Notes: generated by a model from the letters alone, not told the origin. A stretch of 64,000 bases of DNA from Candidatus Limnocylindria bacterium (GCA_038250515.1 JBBSCG010000003.1:23675-87674), one strand, 5' to 3'; positions 39,463 through 49,438 are shown, numbered from the stretch's first letter. Numbers and translations: made by a program.

Positions 39463-40692
39463 GTGGCCATTCCCCCCGCCGCCGACGCGCTCGTTCGACC
39501 GATTCGGACGTTGTGGCTGCTCGCCGGTGCGCATGCCGTCAACCATGCCCTCGCAATCCTGATGCCGCTGGTCTACCTGCAGGTCATTCGCGAAATGCAC
39601 GTCGATGGGGCGGCGATCGCCATCCTGACCGCGGTGGGCAGCCTCAGCTCGGGCCTGGCGCAGTTGGCGTACAGCGGGCTGACCCGCGTCTTCTCGCGTC
39701 GCTCGATCCTGGTTCTCGGCGGCCTGCTGCTCGGTGGCGGGATGGCCGTGCAGGGGCTCGTCAGCAACTTCACCGCATTCTCGGCGGCCAATATCGCCTC
39801 GAAGGTCGGTGGCTCGCCGCAACACCCGGTCGGCAACGCATTGCTGGCGGAGCAGTTTCCGCCGCACCGACGCGGATTCGCCATCAGTGCCCATATCTCC
39901 GGCGGCAACGTGGGAACGCTGGCGGTGCCGCTGATCGGGACGTGGCTGATCGCCGGCATCGGCTGGCGCAACACGGTGATCCTCTTCGGCGTGCCGGGGA
40001 TCCTGATCGCCATCGCCATCGCGGCGCTCGTCCGCGAGTCGGGATCGGACCGCGAAGCAGCCCGTGCACACGGCAACCTGGCGGATGGCTTCCGGCGGGT
40101 GTTCCATGACCGCGACCTGCTGCTGCTCTACTTCGCCTCGACCGTCGCGGCCGGCGGTCGCGGCCTGGGTGTCATCACCCTGTTCGTGCCGCTCTACCTG
40201 TCCGAGGTCCTGCACCTCGACACCGCGACCATCGGCTGGATGTACACCGTCCTGCTGCTCGGCAGCGTGCCTGCGCCGCTCGCCGCGGGGTGGCTGTCGG
40301 ACCGCATCGGTCGACGACCGGTCATCCTCGTGGCCTACCTGCTGGCCGCGGCCGGCATGGCGCTGTTCGTCGCATCCGGCCAAAACCAGGCCGGCGTGTG
40401 GGCGGCGATCGCAGTCATGAGCGTGTTCGCCTACGTCGAGAGCCCGCAGTTGCAGGCGATCCTGGCCGATATTTCGCCGCCGGCCATCCGCGACACCGCC
40501 TTCTCGACCTACTTCACGCTTGCCTTCGGCGTCGGCTCCCTGTGGACGGCGGTCTTCGGCGTCATCCTCGGTGCGGCCGGCGATACGGCGGGCCTGCCGA
40601 TCGTCTTTTGGATCATGGCCGCCACCTTCGTTGCCGGAGGTTTGGCCGTCTTACCGATACGGACCACGCCTCACGACGGACACCCGGCGTGA
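39463..40692 (+). CDS. MFS transporter
   Basis: 409 aa, 12 TM helices, GTG start. Confidence 0.8.
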   Translation: MAIPPAADALVRPIRTLWLLAGAHAVNHALAILMPLVYLQVIREMHVDGAAIAILTAVGSLSSGLAQLAYSGLTRVFSRRSILVLGGLLLGGGMAVQGLVSNFTAFSAANIASKVGGSPQHPVGNALLAEQFPPHRRGFAISAHISGGNVGTLAVPLIGTWLIAGIGWRNTVILFGVPGILIAIAIAALVRESGSDREAARAHGNLADGFRRVFHDRDLLLLYFASTVAAGGRGLGVITLFVPLYLSEVLHLDTATIGWMYTVLLLGSVPAPLAAGWLSDRIGRRPVILVAYLLAAAGMALFVASGQNQAGVWAAIAVMSVFAYVESPQLQAILADISPPAIRDTAFSTYFTLAFGVGSLWTAVFGVILGAAGDTAGLPIVFWIMAATFVAGGLAVLPIRTTPHDGHPA

Positions 40693-42338
40693 ACGCGGCG
40701 GATCTCGTCTTCGTCAACGCGAGCGTCCTGACCATGGACCCGGCGCGCAGCACCGCCTCCGCCGTGGCCGTGCGGAACGGCCGAATCGTCACGGTGGGCG
40801 CAGATCACGACGTCGCCCACCTGGTTGGCCCGCGCACACGGCGCCTGGATCTCGAAGGCCGCACGCTGCTCCCGTCGTTTCAGGACGCGCACGTCCATCC
40901 CTCGTCGGCGGGCGTGAAGCTGATGCGATGCCCCCTCTACGACCTGCCGCCATCGCTCGATGCCTACCTGGAGGCGATCGCCGCCTACGCCGCCGACCAC
41001 CCGGAGAAGCCATGGATCATCGGCAGCGGTTGGTATATGGAAGCGTTCCCGGGCGGGGCGCCGTCGCGCCGCGACCTCGATCGGGTCGTGCCGGATCGGC
41101 CGGCGTTTTTCACCGACCGCGACGGGCATCGGGCCTGGCTCAACAGCCGCGCGCTGGAGCTCGTCGGATTCGACCGCGAGACAGCCGACCCGCCCGACGG
41201 ACGCATCGAGCGGGAGCCAAACAACACGCCGGCGGGCACAATCCACGAAGGCGCGATGGAGCGAGCCAGCCGGTTCTTGCCGGAGACGACGCTCGATGAG
41301 GTCGTCGCAGGCATCGGTCTCGCGCAGGTGTACCTCAACCGACTGGGGATCACGGCCTGGCAGGATGCCTGGGTGACCCCACTGGAGCTCGAGGCCTACC
41401 GGCGCCTGGCCGAGGAGCGGAAGCTGACCGCCCGCGTGATCGCGGCGCACTGGTGGGAGCGCGAGCAGGGCGCTGAGCAGGTCGGGTCCATCATTGAGCG
41501 GCGCGAACGCGGCACCGTCGGCCGGCTGCGAGCCGATACGGTGAAGATCATGCTCGACGGCGTCGCCGAGAACTTCACCGCCGCCATGCTCAAGCCCTAC
41601 CTGGATGGCTCTGGCCGTCCAACCGAGAACCGCGGGCTGAGCTTCGTCGACCCTCAGCTGCTCAAGACGTACGTCACGCAGCTCGACGCGCTGGGCTTCC
41701 AGGTGCACTTCCATGCCCTGGGCGACCGTGCGGTGCGCGAGGCGCTCGACGCCATCGAGGCCGCGCTGCGGGCTAATGGCGACAGCGACCGGCGGCATCA
41801 CCTGGCGCATCTGCAGATGATTGACCCTGCGGACACTCCGCGGTTCGCGGCCCTCGGCGCGGTCGCAAATATCCAGCCCTACTGGGCCTGCCACGACGCG
41901 CAGATGGACGACTACACCATCCCGTTCCTGCCCGCCCATCGCGTTCGTTTTCAGTACCCATTCGCGAGCCTGCTGCGCGCGGGCGTGGTGCTGGCCGGCG
42001 GCAGCGACTGGACGGTCAGCACGCCCAATGTGCTGATGGAGGTCGAGACCGCCGTCAACCGGGTCTCGCCCGAGGACCGCTTGGCTGCGCCATTCCTGCC
42101 GGACGAAGCCCTTGAACCGATGCAGGCGCTGGCGGCGTACACCATCGGGACCGCCTATGTGAACCACCTCGAGACCGATACCGGCTCGATCGAGCCGGGC
42201 AAGTCCGCGGACCTCGTGGTGCTCGACCGCGACGTGCTGGACTGCGGCGCCGGGCACTTGGGGGAGGCGGCGGTGCTCATGACCCTGCTCGAGGGCGAGG
42301 TCCTGCGCGAAGGATTGGAGCTGGCCGGGCTCGGCTGA
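40689..42338 (+). CDS. Amidohydrolase-family metal-dependent hydrolase (Amidohydro_3/YtcJ-like)
   Basis: QDAHVHP metal-binding motif, about 549 aa. GTG start overlaps the upstream stop (GTGA). Confidence 0.8.
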   Translation: MNAADLVFVNASVLTMDPARSTASAVAVRNGRIVTVGADHDVAHLVGPRTRRLDLEGRTLLPSFQDAHVHPSSAGVKLMRCPLYDLPPSLDAYLEAIAAYAADHPEKPWIIGSGWYMEAFPGGAPSRRDLDRVVPDRPAFFTDRDGHRAWLNSRALELVGFDRETADPPDGRIEREPNNTPAGTIHEGAMERASRFLPETTLDEVVAGIGLAQVYLNRLGITAWQDAWVTPLELEAYRRLAEERKLTARVIAAHWWEREQGAEQVGSIIERRERGTVGRLRADTVKIMLDGVAENFTAAMLKPYLDGSGRPTENRGLSFVDPQLLKTYVTQLDALGFQVHFHALGDRAVREALDAIEAALRANGDSDRRHHLAHLQMIDPADTPRFAALGAVANIQPYWACHDAQMDDYTIPFLPAHRVRFQYPFASLLRAGVVLAGGSDWTVSTPNVLMEVETAVNRVSPEDRLAAPFLPDEALEPMQALAAYTIGTAYVNHLETDTGSIEPGKSADLVVLDRDVLDCGAGHLGEAAVLMTLLEGEVLREGLELAGLG

Positions 42339-42447
42339 CGCGGAGGTCGTCGTCCAAGACGCGGTCGCGGCCGGCTGAAGCTGCCAAATTTACACCACTC
42401 ATGCGTTAGGCTCGGTGAGGCCCGCTCGGAGCGTCCGCATTCCCGTC

Positions 42448-42846
42448 CTACACAGGCTCCCGCAGCGGAAGGCCATACGCCTTCATGGACCGATCGAACG
42501 TCAGGAGTGGCGACGCGCCTGCTTCACGGCACGCACCGACGATCAGCGCGTCCGGGATCGGGCGACCGGGTGCGCCGCGCGCCTGCACCAGCGCGTCGAC
42601 CGCCGTTTCGTTGCGCATGCCCAGCAGGACGATGTTCTCGCGCAGCAGCAGCTCGATCAGGCTGTGAATGATGTCGGCCTGGTCGACACCGTACTGGGTT
42701 CGCAGCACGTGTGCGCACTCAACGAGTCCCACCAGCGACAGTCCGATGCGCTGCGTGCCATTGATCACGCGCGCCGCCCGAGCGGCGGCTGCTGACGGAG
42801 TCCCGACGAGGTAACGGACGATCAGCGACGTGTCCGCACCGATCAC
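42448..42846 (-). CDS. vapC: PIN-domain toxin VapC
   Basis: PIN acidic residues (D5 ..., D near the C-terminus), 132 aa. Overlaps the upstream antitoxin. Confidence 0.8.
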   Translation of the reverse strand: MIGADTSLIVRYLVGTPSAAAARAARVINGTQRIGLSLVGLVECAHVLRTQYGVDQADIIHSLIELLLRENIVLLGMRNETAVDALVQARGAPGRPIPDALIVGACREAGASPLLTFDRSMKAYGLPLREPV

Positions 42847-43100
42847 GCGGATCGGTCCGGGTCAGGCGTCTCCCACGCCGCGCGTCGAAGGGCCGGCCAG
42901 GACTCGTCCGACGGTTGCTTTCGAATCTTGTCCTTGAGGCTGCCGGCGAGCGAACGAGTGTGCCGGCCAGGAACGAACTCGATCACGACGCGGCCCTGTT
43001 CGATGCGCTGCACTGCTCCGTCGCCCGGATACACGCCCAGCTCTTCTCGAATCGCCTTCTCGAGCGTGATCTGGCCTCGCTCACCAACCCGACTGACCAT
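42843..43100 (-). CDS. vapB: AbrB/SpoVT-type antitoxin VapB
   Basis: 85 aa. GQITLEKAIREELGV swapped-hairpin motif. Confidence 0.75.
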   Translation of the reverse strand: MVSRVGERGQITLEKAIREELGVYPGDGAVQRIEQGRVVIEFVPGRHTRSLAGSLKDKIRKQPSDESWPALRRAAWETPDPDRSA

Positions 43101-43225
43101 GTCGCCACCACGATATGAATGCTTGACGGGAGTATGAATCCCACTCGGATGTACGTCAACGGCCGCTCGCGCCGGCCGCGCATGAGACGTATTGACAAGC
43201 GTACCGTCAAGCGTATCGTGGACCG

Positions 43226-43501
43226 ATGAAGTCCATCCCCATCACCGACCTCCGACAGCGCGCTGCTGACGTCATCGATGACGCCCGCACCAGCGACGAG
43301 CCGACCGTCATCCTGCAGCGATCGCGGAAGGCGGCGTACCTCGTCAGTCCGGATCGGTACGAGCGCGACCAGGAGGAGCTGCGCACACTTCGCCGAGCAC
43401 TCTTCGTGGCCGAGGTCCGCGAGGCAGAGGCGGAATACACGGCCGGCACGGCTTCGTCGTTCGAAGACATGGAGGAGCTGCTGGCCGAGCTCCGGCGTTG
43501 A
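43226..43501 (+). CDS. Phd/YefM-family antitoxin
   Basis: ITDLRQRAADVIDDARTSDEPTVILQRSRKAAYLVSPDRYE, typical Phd/YefM. Confidence 0.8.
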   Translation: MKSIPITDLRQRAADVIDDARTSDEPTVILQRSRKAAYLVSPDRYERDQEELRTLRRALFVAEVREAEAEYTAGTASSFEDMEELLAELRR

Positions 43502-43758
43502 GGATGCGGCTGAGCGCATCCCGCCGGTTCGTTCGGCGAGTGAAGAAGCTGCGAGAGCCGCAGGCGACCATGCTGCGTGCAGCGCTGCGTCGGTTCGCCG
43601 CGGACCCGGGCGATCCCCTCCTGCGCGTCCATAAACTGAAGGGCGAGCTGGCGGACTACTGGGCGTTCAGCGTCGACGACGACCTGCGCGTGCTGTTCCG
43701 ATGGAACGGCGACGAAGTCTTTCTGGTCAACCTCGGCTGCCACGAAGAGGTGTACTGA
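43498..43758 (+). CDS. relE: RelE/ParE-family toxin
   Basis: 86 aa. ...RVHKLKGELADYWAFSVDDDLRVLFRW...VFLVNLGCHEEVY. ATGA overlap with the antitoxin. Confidence 0.8.
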   Translation: MRMRLSASRRFVRRVKKLREPQATMLRAALRRFAADPGDPLLRVHKLKGELADYWAFSVDDDLRVLFRWNGDEVFLVNLGCHEEVY

Positions 43759-43766
43759 CGGTCGGG

Positions 43767-45740
43767 GTGACGACGGCAGCATCGGTCCTGGATGGCCTCA
43801 ATGAGGAACAGCGCGAGGCTGCCATGGCGACAAGCGGCCCGGTTGCCATCCTCGCAGGCGCGGGCACGGGCAAGACGCGAGTGATCAGCCACCGCGTCGC
43901 GTATGCGGTCGCGACCCGCGTCGTGGATCCCAAGCGCATCCTCGTCGTGACGTTCACCGAGAAGGCGGCGACGGAGATGAAGCATCGGCTGAGCCGGCTG
44001 GGACTGCCAGGGGTGGCGGCTTCGACCTTTCACTCGGCTGCCAAGCGACAGCTCGAGTTCTACTGGCCGCGTCTGCATGGCCAGCCGCTGCCGAATGTGC
44101 TGGATTCAAAGCTGGGCATTGTCATTCCACTCGCTCGCCAACTGCCCGGCGGATACAAGTTCACGCCAGCCAAAGACCTGGCCGATGAGATTGAATGGGC
44201 CAAAGCCCGTCGCATCGGTCCTGGGGAGTACGCGGCCGAGGCCGCGCGAGCGCATCGGGAGTCGCCCATTCCTGCCGACGTGTTTCAAACGGTGTATCGC
44301 CGCTACGAACAGGGCAAGCAGCGGGCGGGTGTCATCGATTTCGAGGACATGCTCAGCCTGGCGGTTGACCTGTACGAGACCGATGCGGATGCCGCCGCCC
44401 TCGTGCGGCAGCGCTACGACTGGTTCTCGGTCGACGAGTACCAGGACACCAACCGGCTGCAGGAGGATCTGCTTCGCCTGTGGCTGGGCGATCGACGCGA
44501 TCTCTGCGTCGTCGGCGATGAAAACCAGACGATCTACAGCTTCACCGGCGCGACCGCGGACTACCTGACGACCTTCAAGGACCGATATCCCGGCTGCCGC
44601 GTCATCAATCTCACGCAGAACTACCGCAGCACGCCGCAGATCCTGGCGCTGGCCAACCGGCTGATCGCGAGCTCGGGCCAACTGAGAGCGACGCTCGACG
44701 ACGGCAGCGAGCCAAGCCTGGTCGCCTACGCGAACGGGGCTCAGGAGGAATCGGCGATTGTCGCTGCGATTCGTCAACACGCGAGCAGGCAAATGCAGCT
44801 GACCGAGATCGCGATCCTGGTGCGCACCAACGCGCAGCTTGTGCCGTTCGAGTCGGCGCTGACTCGGGCGGGCATTCCGTTCACCGTTCGCGGCCAGCGC
44901 TTCTTCGCTCGGGCAGAGGTTCGGGCGGCACGGCAGGCGCTGAGCAGCGGTCGTGCAACCGGCACATTGGAAGAGGTGCTCGCAGCTCGATGGCGGACGA
45001 TCCTGGGCTTCGATGAGCAGGAGCCATCGGGTCCAGGTGCCGAGGCACGTGACCGACACGCGTCGCTGCTGACGCTGCTGGGCATCGCGCGGGAGCTCGT
45101 CGCACGCGAGCCGGACGCCACGGTCACCGACTACCTCACCGAGCTGCAGCGTCGCGATGGCGATGAGGCTGCAGCCGGCGGTGCGGGCGTGGTGCTCTCC
45201 ACGTACCACCGGGCGAAGGGACTCGAATGGGATGTCGTCTTCCTGCCGATGCTGGAGGATGGGACGCTGCCCAGTCGCCAGTCACTGAGCGACGACGCCG
45301 CGGTGCGGGAAGAGCGACGGCTGCTGTACGTCGGCATCACGCGGGCACGCAAACAGTTGGCGGTGTCCTGGGCAGCGCAGCGCCTGAACCCCAAGGGCGG
45401 CGTCGCACGGGCGAAGCCCTCACGCTTCATTGCGGAGCTGCATCCAGGGCGCGTGATGCGCCCGACGGCTGCAACAGCGGTTCCACCCGCCGGCGCGGCC
45501 CCGGCCAAGGGCGCCGCGGCCGACCTGTACGAGGCGCTCCGGTCGTGGCGCATCAAGCGTGCGCGAACCGACGGCGTGCCTGCGTACGTCGTCGCCGACA
45601 ACAAGACGCTCACCGCAGTGGCGACGGAGAGACCGATGAACGCGGCCGAGCTGCTCGCCGTTCCCGGCATGGGACCGCACCGCGTCGCGACCTATGGAGC
45701 GGAGATGCTGCAGATCATCGCTTCGGCGTCTGAGAAATAG
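43767..45740 (+). CDS. UvrD/PcrA-family SF1 DNA helicase with C-terminal HRDC-like domain (UvrD2-like)
   Basis: Walker A GAGTGKTRV, DEYQDTN motif, VTFTEKAA motif, C-terminal HRDC-like tail (LYEALRSWR ... VVADNKTL). GTG start assumed. Confidence 0.85.
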   Translation: MTTAASVLDGLNEEQREAAMATSGPVAILAGAGTGKTRVISHRVAYAVATRVVDPKRILVVTFTEKAATEMKHRLSRLGLPGVAASTFHSAAKRQLEFYWPRLHGQPLPNVLDSKLGIVIPLARQLPGGYKFTPAKDLADEIEWAKARRIGPGEYAAEAARAHRESPIPADVFQTVYRRYEQGKQRAGVIDFEDMLSLAVDLYETDADAAALVRQRYDWFSVDEYQDTNRLQEDLLRLWLGDRRDLCVVGDENQTIYSFTGATADYLTTFKDRYPGCRVINLTQNYRSTPQILALANRLIASSGQLRATLDDGSEPSLVAYANGAQEESAIVAAIRQHASRQMQLTEIAILVRTNAQLVPFESALTRAGIPFTVRGQRFFARAEVRAARQALSSGRATGTLEEVLAARWRTILGFDEQEPSGPGAEARDRHASLLTLLGIARELVAREPDATVTDYLTELQRRDGDEAAAGGAGVVLSTYHRAKGLEWDVVFLPMLEDGTLPSRQSLSDDAAVREERRLLYVGITRARKQLAVSWAAQRLNPKGGVARAKPSRFIAELHPGRVMRPTAATAVPPAGAAPAKGAAADLYEALRSWRIKRARTDGVPAYVVADNKTLTAVATERPMNAAELLAVPGMGPHRVATYGAEMLQIIASASEK

Positions 45741-46137
45741 GACGCAGTGGTTCTTCAAAGTGGCCGCAGATGCTGCAGGTTCGGTTTGGCGTCTGAGAAA
45801 GAGGCCCAGTGGTCCTCTCGCGAGTCTCCCGACCCTCCACCGATTCGACACAGCCGACAGCCGGGGTGATCGTCCGTTCAGAGGACCTCGGACACGATTG
45901 GCGCGTGATTGCTGTCGAGTTGGCTGTCGACGTGCTGCAATCCCTGCGCGGGGATGAAAGCCACCTCGCGACCGCACACGAGGCATCATCGTTGTCGTCA
46001 TCGTCCACGCGTTCGTACCCCGTCCTCACTAAGACGCAAGAACGCGTCGCCCTCCGGCCGGGCAAGCGCGGATTTTACTAACTCCGCGTTCCCAGCCCTC
46101 CCTGTGCGGCGCTCCTTGCGGACCGAGGGCGGCAATT

Positions 46138-46521
46138 TCAGGAAGGCGACGCGACGACGAGTCCGACAGCACGAGCAGCATCGGCCAAGCGAAGGTCATA
46201 TGTGACGAACGCCTCGAGCGTCTCAGCGAACGCGAGGGCGGAAGCCAGGTGGATCGCATCCAGGGATCGAAGGGTGTTGGGTAGCAAACGCCCAGCGAGC
46301 TCCGCAATCGCTGCATCCAGCTCCACGTAGTCCAGGAAGCCCATCACGGCCGGAATCTCGCCCAATGCGTCAGGCCTGCGCGACCCCACTGCCCGCGCGA
46401 TCTCAACAGACAGAACGCGGCTGCTGACGCGTGCGGAACAGCTCTCCAGATACGAGATAAGCGCACTCGTTTCCGCCTCCGCGACCACGAGCTTCACTGC
46501 GGCCGACGCATCGAGGTACAC
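46138..46521 (-). CDS. vapC: PIN-domain toxin VapC
   Basis: MYLDASAAVKLV ... PIN fold signature, 127 aa. Confidence 0.75.
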   Translation of the reverse strand: MYLDASAAVKLVVAEAETSALISYLESCSARVSSRVLSVEIARAVGSRRPDALGEIPAVMGFLDYVELDAAIAELAGRLLPNTLRSLDAIHLASALAFAETLEAFVTYDLRLADAARAVGLVVASPS

Positions 46522-46526
46522 CGGCG

Positions 46527-46832
46527 CTACCAGGGTTCCTCCTCCCGCATCTCGATGATGATCTGCGACAGCGGCTTCCCGCCGGTCGCGGGCAGCGGGG
46601 GCGGCAAGTCCTCCCAGCGCCGGGTCGCCAACGTGATGCGGCCGTCCGCCACCATCTGCTCATATACCGATGTGGTTCGGCCCTCGAGGGGAGTCAGCCG
46701 CGCCACCGGCTCACCACGCTCGGTCACCTCGTACGCGCGCCCCTCCTCACGCACGCGCTTCACGTACACAGATAGATTCTGCCGCAGCTCGCGGATCCCC
46801 ACGCGCTCAGGCCCTGGCTTCCTGGTGCTCAT
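46527..46832 (-). CDS. Phd/YefM-type antitoxin partner of VapC
   Basis: VGIRELRQNLSVYVKRVREEGRAYEVTERGEPVARLTP. Start refined to the ATG for MSTRKPG. Confidence 0.7.
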   Translation of the reverse strand: MSTRKPGPERVGIRELRQNLSVYVKRVREEGRAYEVTERGEPVARLTPLEGRTTSVYEQMVADGRITLATRRWEDLPPPLPATGGKPLSQIIIEMREEEPW

Positions 46833-46895
46833 GACGCACAATTGTAGCACATCAACGCCGCCGAACCAGCCGCGCATGGCCAGAAGTGGCCGATG

Positions 46896-46910
46896 TGCCA
46901 CCGGGTGGAG
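46896..46910. repeat. Palindrome-like 15-mer TGCCACCGGGTGGAG, reverse complement of the motif at 47030 and 39331
   Basis: Exact reverse complement of CTCCACCCGGTGGCA. 64 nt upstream of the antitoxin start at 46832. Confidence 0.8.
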
Positions 46911-46976
46911 ATAACGGCGAAGATGAGGCTCTCGCAGGCCTGATTCAGCCCGCTTCGTCGCCGCTTCTGCCACCTG

Positions 46977-47050
46977 CTGACCGAAACCGCCAACTCGGGG
47001 CCGATTCGCACGGCAACTTGTCCGTTAGCTCCACCCGGTGGCAGATCGGC
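46977..47050. repeat. About 75-nt intergenic repeat element (family B) ending in CTCCACCCGGTGGCAGAT
   Basis: Shares the blocks CTGACCGAAACCGCCAAC, ACTTGT(T/C)CGTTAGCTCC and CACCCGGTGGCA with 39247..39348. Confidence 0.75.
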
Positions 47051-47158
47051 GCGATCACAGCCGCGCTGTCGCCTCTCTGGGGTCGCCTCAGCCGCCTGAG
47101 GACCGCGCCAGCTCGGGATGGGTCGAGGTGATCTCCCCGGCGAGGTCAATGACCGCCG

Positions 47159-48259
47159 CTACAGCGCGACCCCGACCAGTACCGGCTCGGGCTGCAGCAC
47201 GACGCCGAACTCCGCCTGCACGCGGCCTTGCACGAACCTGGCTAGCTCCACGATCTCGGCCGCGGTCGCCCCGCCCCTGTTGATCAGCGCGAGTGTGTGC
47301 TTGCTCGATATCGCGGCGCGCGACCCCGGCAACGCAAAGCCGCGCATGATACCGGACCGTTCGATCAGCCACGCAGCGCTCAACTTCACCCGAGAATCGG
47401 CCGGCCACCGCGGCGCGGCAGCTGGCAGCGAGCGCCCAATGTCTTCACTCACGATCGGATTGGTGAAGAACGAACCGGCACTCACCGAGTCCGGATCCGC
47501 GGCATCCAGCACCATGCCCTTCGATGCTCGGAGGGCCAGCACCGCACGCCGCAAGTCGGCCAGCGGAACGCGCTCGCCGACACGAACACCGAGGGTCGTT
47601 GCCAGCTGTCCGTACGCCACCGGCTGGCTGAGCGCAGATGACTCGTCTGCGCCGGCCGAGCCCGCGCCGTCCTCGAACACGTCCAGCTCGATCGCCAGAA
47701 TGATGCCGCGAACAAGGCCCGCCTTGACCCTGGACGTCCGGTACCCCAGTTTGAGCTCGGAGGCGAGAACCCGCGAGGCTGCACGGGTCTCGAAGTCCAA
47801 CAAGTGCACAGCGACGAGGCTCTCCGAGAGTTCCTGTCCGTAGGCGCCGATGTTCTGCACGGGTGCCGCACCGCAGCATCCGGGGATGCCCGATAAGGCT
47901 TCGATCCCGGTCCAGCCCTGATCGACGGTGTACGCGACCAGGTTGTCCCACGGCTCGCCGGCCTGCACGCGGAGGCGGACCGTGCCGTTTTGCTGCGGAA
48001 CGTCCAGCTGCTCGATGCCCCTCGTGACCAGGCGGATCACCGTCCCCTCGAACCCCTTATCGCTGGTGACGGTATTCGACCCGCCGCCGACCAGCAGCCA
48101 GTCATCGTCCCTGTCCCAGACTTCGAGGGCATCGGCCACGAGCTCCAGTTCAGTTCGCGGCGCGATCATGCGTTCGGGCGGACCGCCCACACGCAACGTG
48201 GTCAGCGCCGACAGCGGCACAATTGGCGGCTCAATTGGCGATAACGGGCCGGCGGTCAT
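47159..48259 (-). CDS. murB: UDP-N-acetylenolpyruvoylglucosamine reductase MurB
   Basis: FAD-binding LVGGGSN, NIGAYG and GSFFTNP motifs. Start refined to the ATG for MTAGPLSPIE. Confidence 0.85.
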   Translation of the reverse strand: MTAGPLSPIEPPIVPLSALTTLRVGGPPERMIAPRTELELVADALEVWDRDDDWLLVGGGSNTVTSDKGFEGTVIRLVTRGIEQLDVPQQNGTVRLRVQAGEPWDNLVAYTVDQGWTGIEALSGIPGCCGAAPVQNIGAYGQELSESLVAVHLLDFETRAASRVLASELKLGYRTSRVKAGLVRGIILAIELDVFEDGAGSAGADESSALSQPVAYGQLATTLGVRVGERVPLADLRRAVLALRASKGMVLDAADPDSVSAGSFFTNPIVSEDIGRSLPAAAPRWPADSRVKLSAAWLIERSGIMRGFALPGSRAAISSKHTLALINRGGATAAEIVELARFVQGRVQAEFGVVLQPEPVLVGVAL

Positions 48260-48485
48260 GTCGCCCGCACTGTGCGAGACTGACGGGGGTCTGCGCCAAC
48301 CCGGCCCATGGCGGGCACCTCTTTGCTGTCGCAGGGATTCTCCCACGATCCGCATTGCTCCTCCACTCGTTGAACAGGGCGTTGCCAAGGATCAGGTTGG
48401 CGCCTCAATGCTGCCACCACCTGTTGGTACACGCTTCGAACCTCCGGCGCCGTGTCCGGCACTCGGTGCCTTGGCGCCTTGACTT

Positions 48486-48512
48486 TACACGGCACATGCC
48501 GTATAAATTAGG
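48486..48512 (+). promoter_or_regulatory. Strong sigma-70-like promoter candidate
   Basis: TTGACT 17-bp spacer TATAAA in an otherwise GC-rich context. The spacer contains the inverted repeat CGGCA-ca-TGCCG. AGGAG follows at 48511. Confidence 0.45.
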
Positions 48513-48532
48513 AGCCACCGAACGGCCCCCAT

Positions 48533-48868
48533 GTGTTAGAGGGAATGGGCTCGCATGTGGAAACGATGACGCTAAGCGACCTCCTCTCAGGAGAAGCTGT
48601 CTCGGACTGGCGACGTCACCGTCCGCCAATTGGGGTGTTCGACTCAGCGGCTGGTTCTTGGACGGCAACGGTCGGATTCGCTGCGGCCATCATCCTGGGG
48701 ACACTCCCGATCCTCGCTCTGGTCGGGCTGTGCTGGCTTGGCGGCCGCCACCTCCGGCGCGCCGTACCGTCAGGGCCATTGACAACTGCGGAGCACGGAC
48801 GCGGGACGCCAGCGATGACGGAGGCCCCGGCCCCTCCGCGAACGACGTCCCGCCGTGGCGCGCAGTGA
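48533..48868 (+). CDS. Small hypothetical membrane protein
   Basis: One hydrophobic helix (TATVGFAAAIILGTLPILALVGLCWLGG). Downstream of the promoter candidate. Exact start unclear. Confidence 0.4.
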   Translation: MLEGMGSHVETMTLSDLLSGEAVSDWRRHRPPIGVFDSAAGSWTATVGFAAAIILGTLPILALVGLCWLGGRHLRRAVPSGPLTTAEHGRGTPAMTEAPAPPRTTSRRGAQ

Positions 48869-48902
48869 CGCTTGAGGCCGCGGAGCAGCTGGGAGTCGCC
48901 CG

Positions 48903-49310
48903 ATGACGATCGACCTTCCGGCTGCTGACGCTCCAGCAGCTGCGCCACGTACCGGCGGCAGCTCTGGGCTCGAGGCTGACGAGCTGACCGCGGCCATTCT
49001 GCGGTTTCTGCGTCGCTTCCCAAACAAGTTTGTCGACCTGACGCCGCTGGCCGAGGAGCTCGGTGTTGATCCGATTGCGATGCAGCTCACCGTGGAGCGA
49101 CTGGCGCGACGCGGGTTGTTGACGTTGCCGTTCATCGAACCCAGCACGGCCGGCGGGGGCGAACTGACGGAGCGCGGCGTGGCCTGGCTGATCGGGCACA
49201 AGGGCGGGACGCCGGTCGACGTGCCGGACGTTCTGAAGCCCGCCACGGCGCCGACCATCCACCGGGGCGGCAGGCTACCCCGCGCCGACGTCTACGGTCC
49301 AGGTCGCTGA
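48903..49310 (+). CDS. Hypothetical protein (possible winged-helix)
   Basis: 135 aa, 34 nt after the previous ORF. No family recognised. Confidence 0.45.
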   Translation: MTIDLPAADAPAAAPRTGGSSGLEADELTAAILRFLRRFPNKFVDLTPLAEELGVDPIAMQLTVERLARRGLLTLPFIEPSTAGGGELTERGVAWLIGHKGGTPVDVPDVLKPATAPTIHRGGRLPRADVYGPGR

Positions 49311-49438
49311 GATCTGCAGGCGAGCACCGGCCCGCCGAGCATGGTCCCAGGCGTTGCGGACCATGCTCGTGAGTTCGGGCGTCGACGAGGACGACATCCG
49401 GACCGAAGAGTTCACCGGCTACTGAAGGAGTGAGATCC

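Noticed and set aside
40671-42257. 528-aa ORF antisense to the amidohydrolase gene
   Set aside because: GC-driven open frame with no domain signal.
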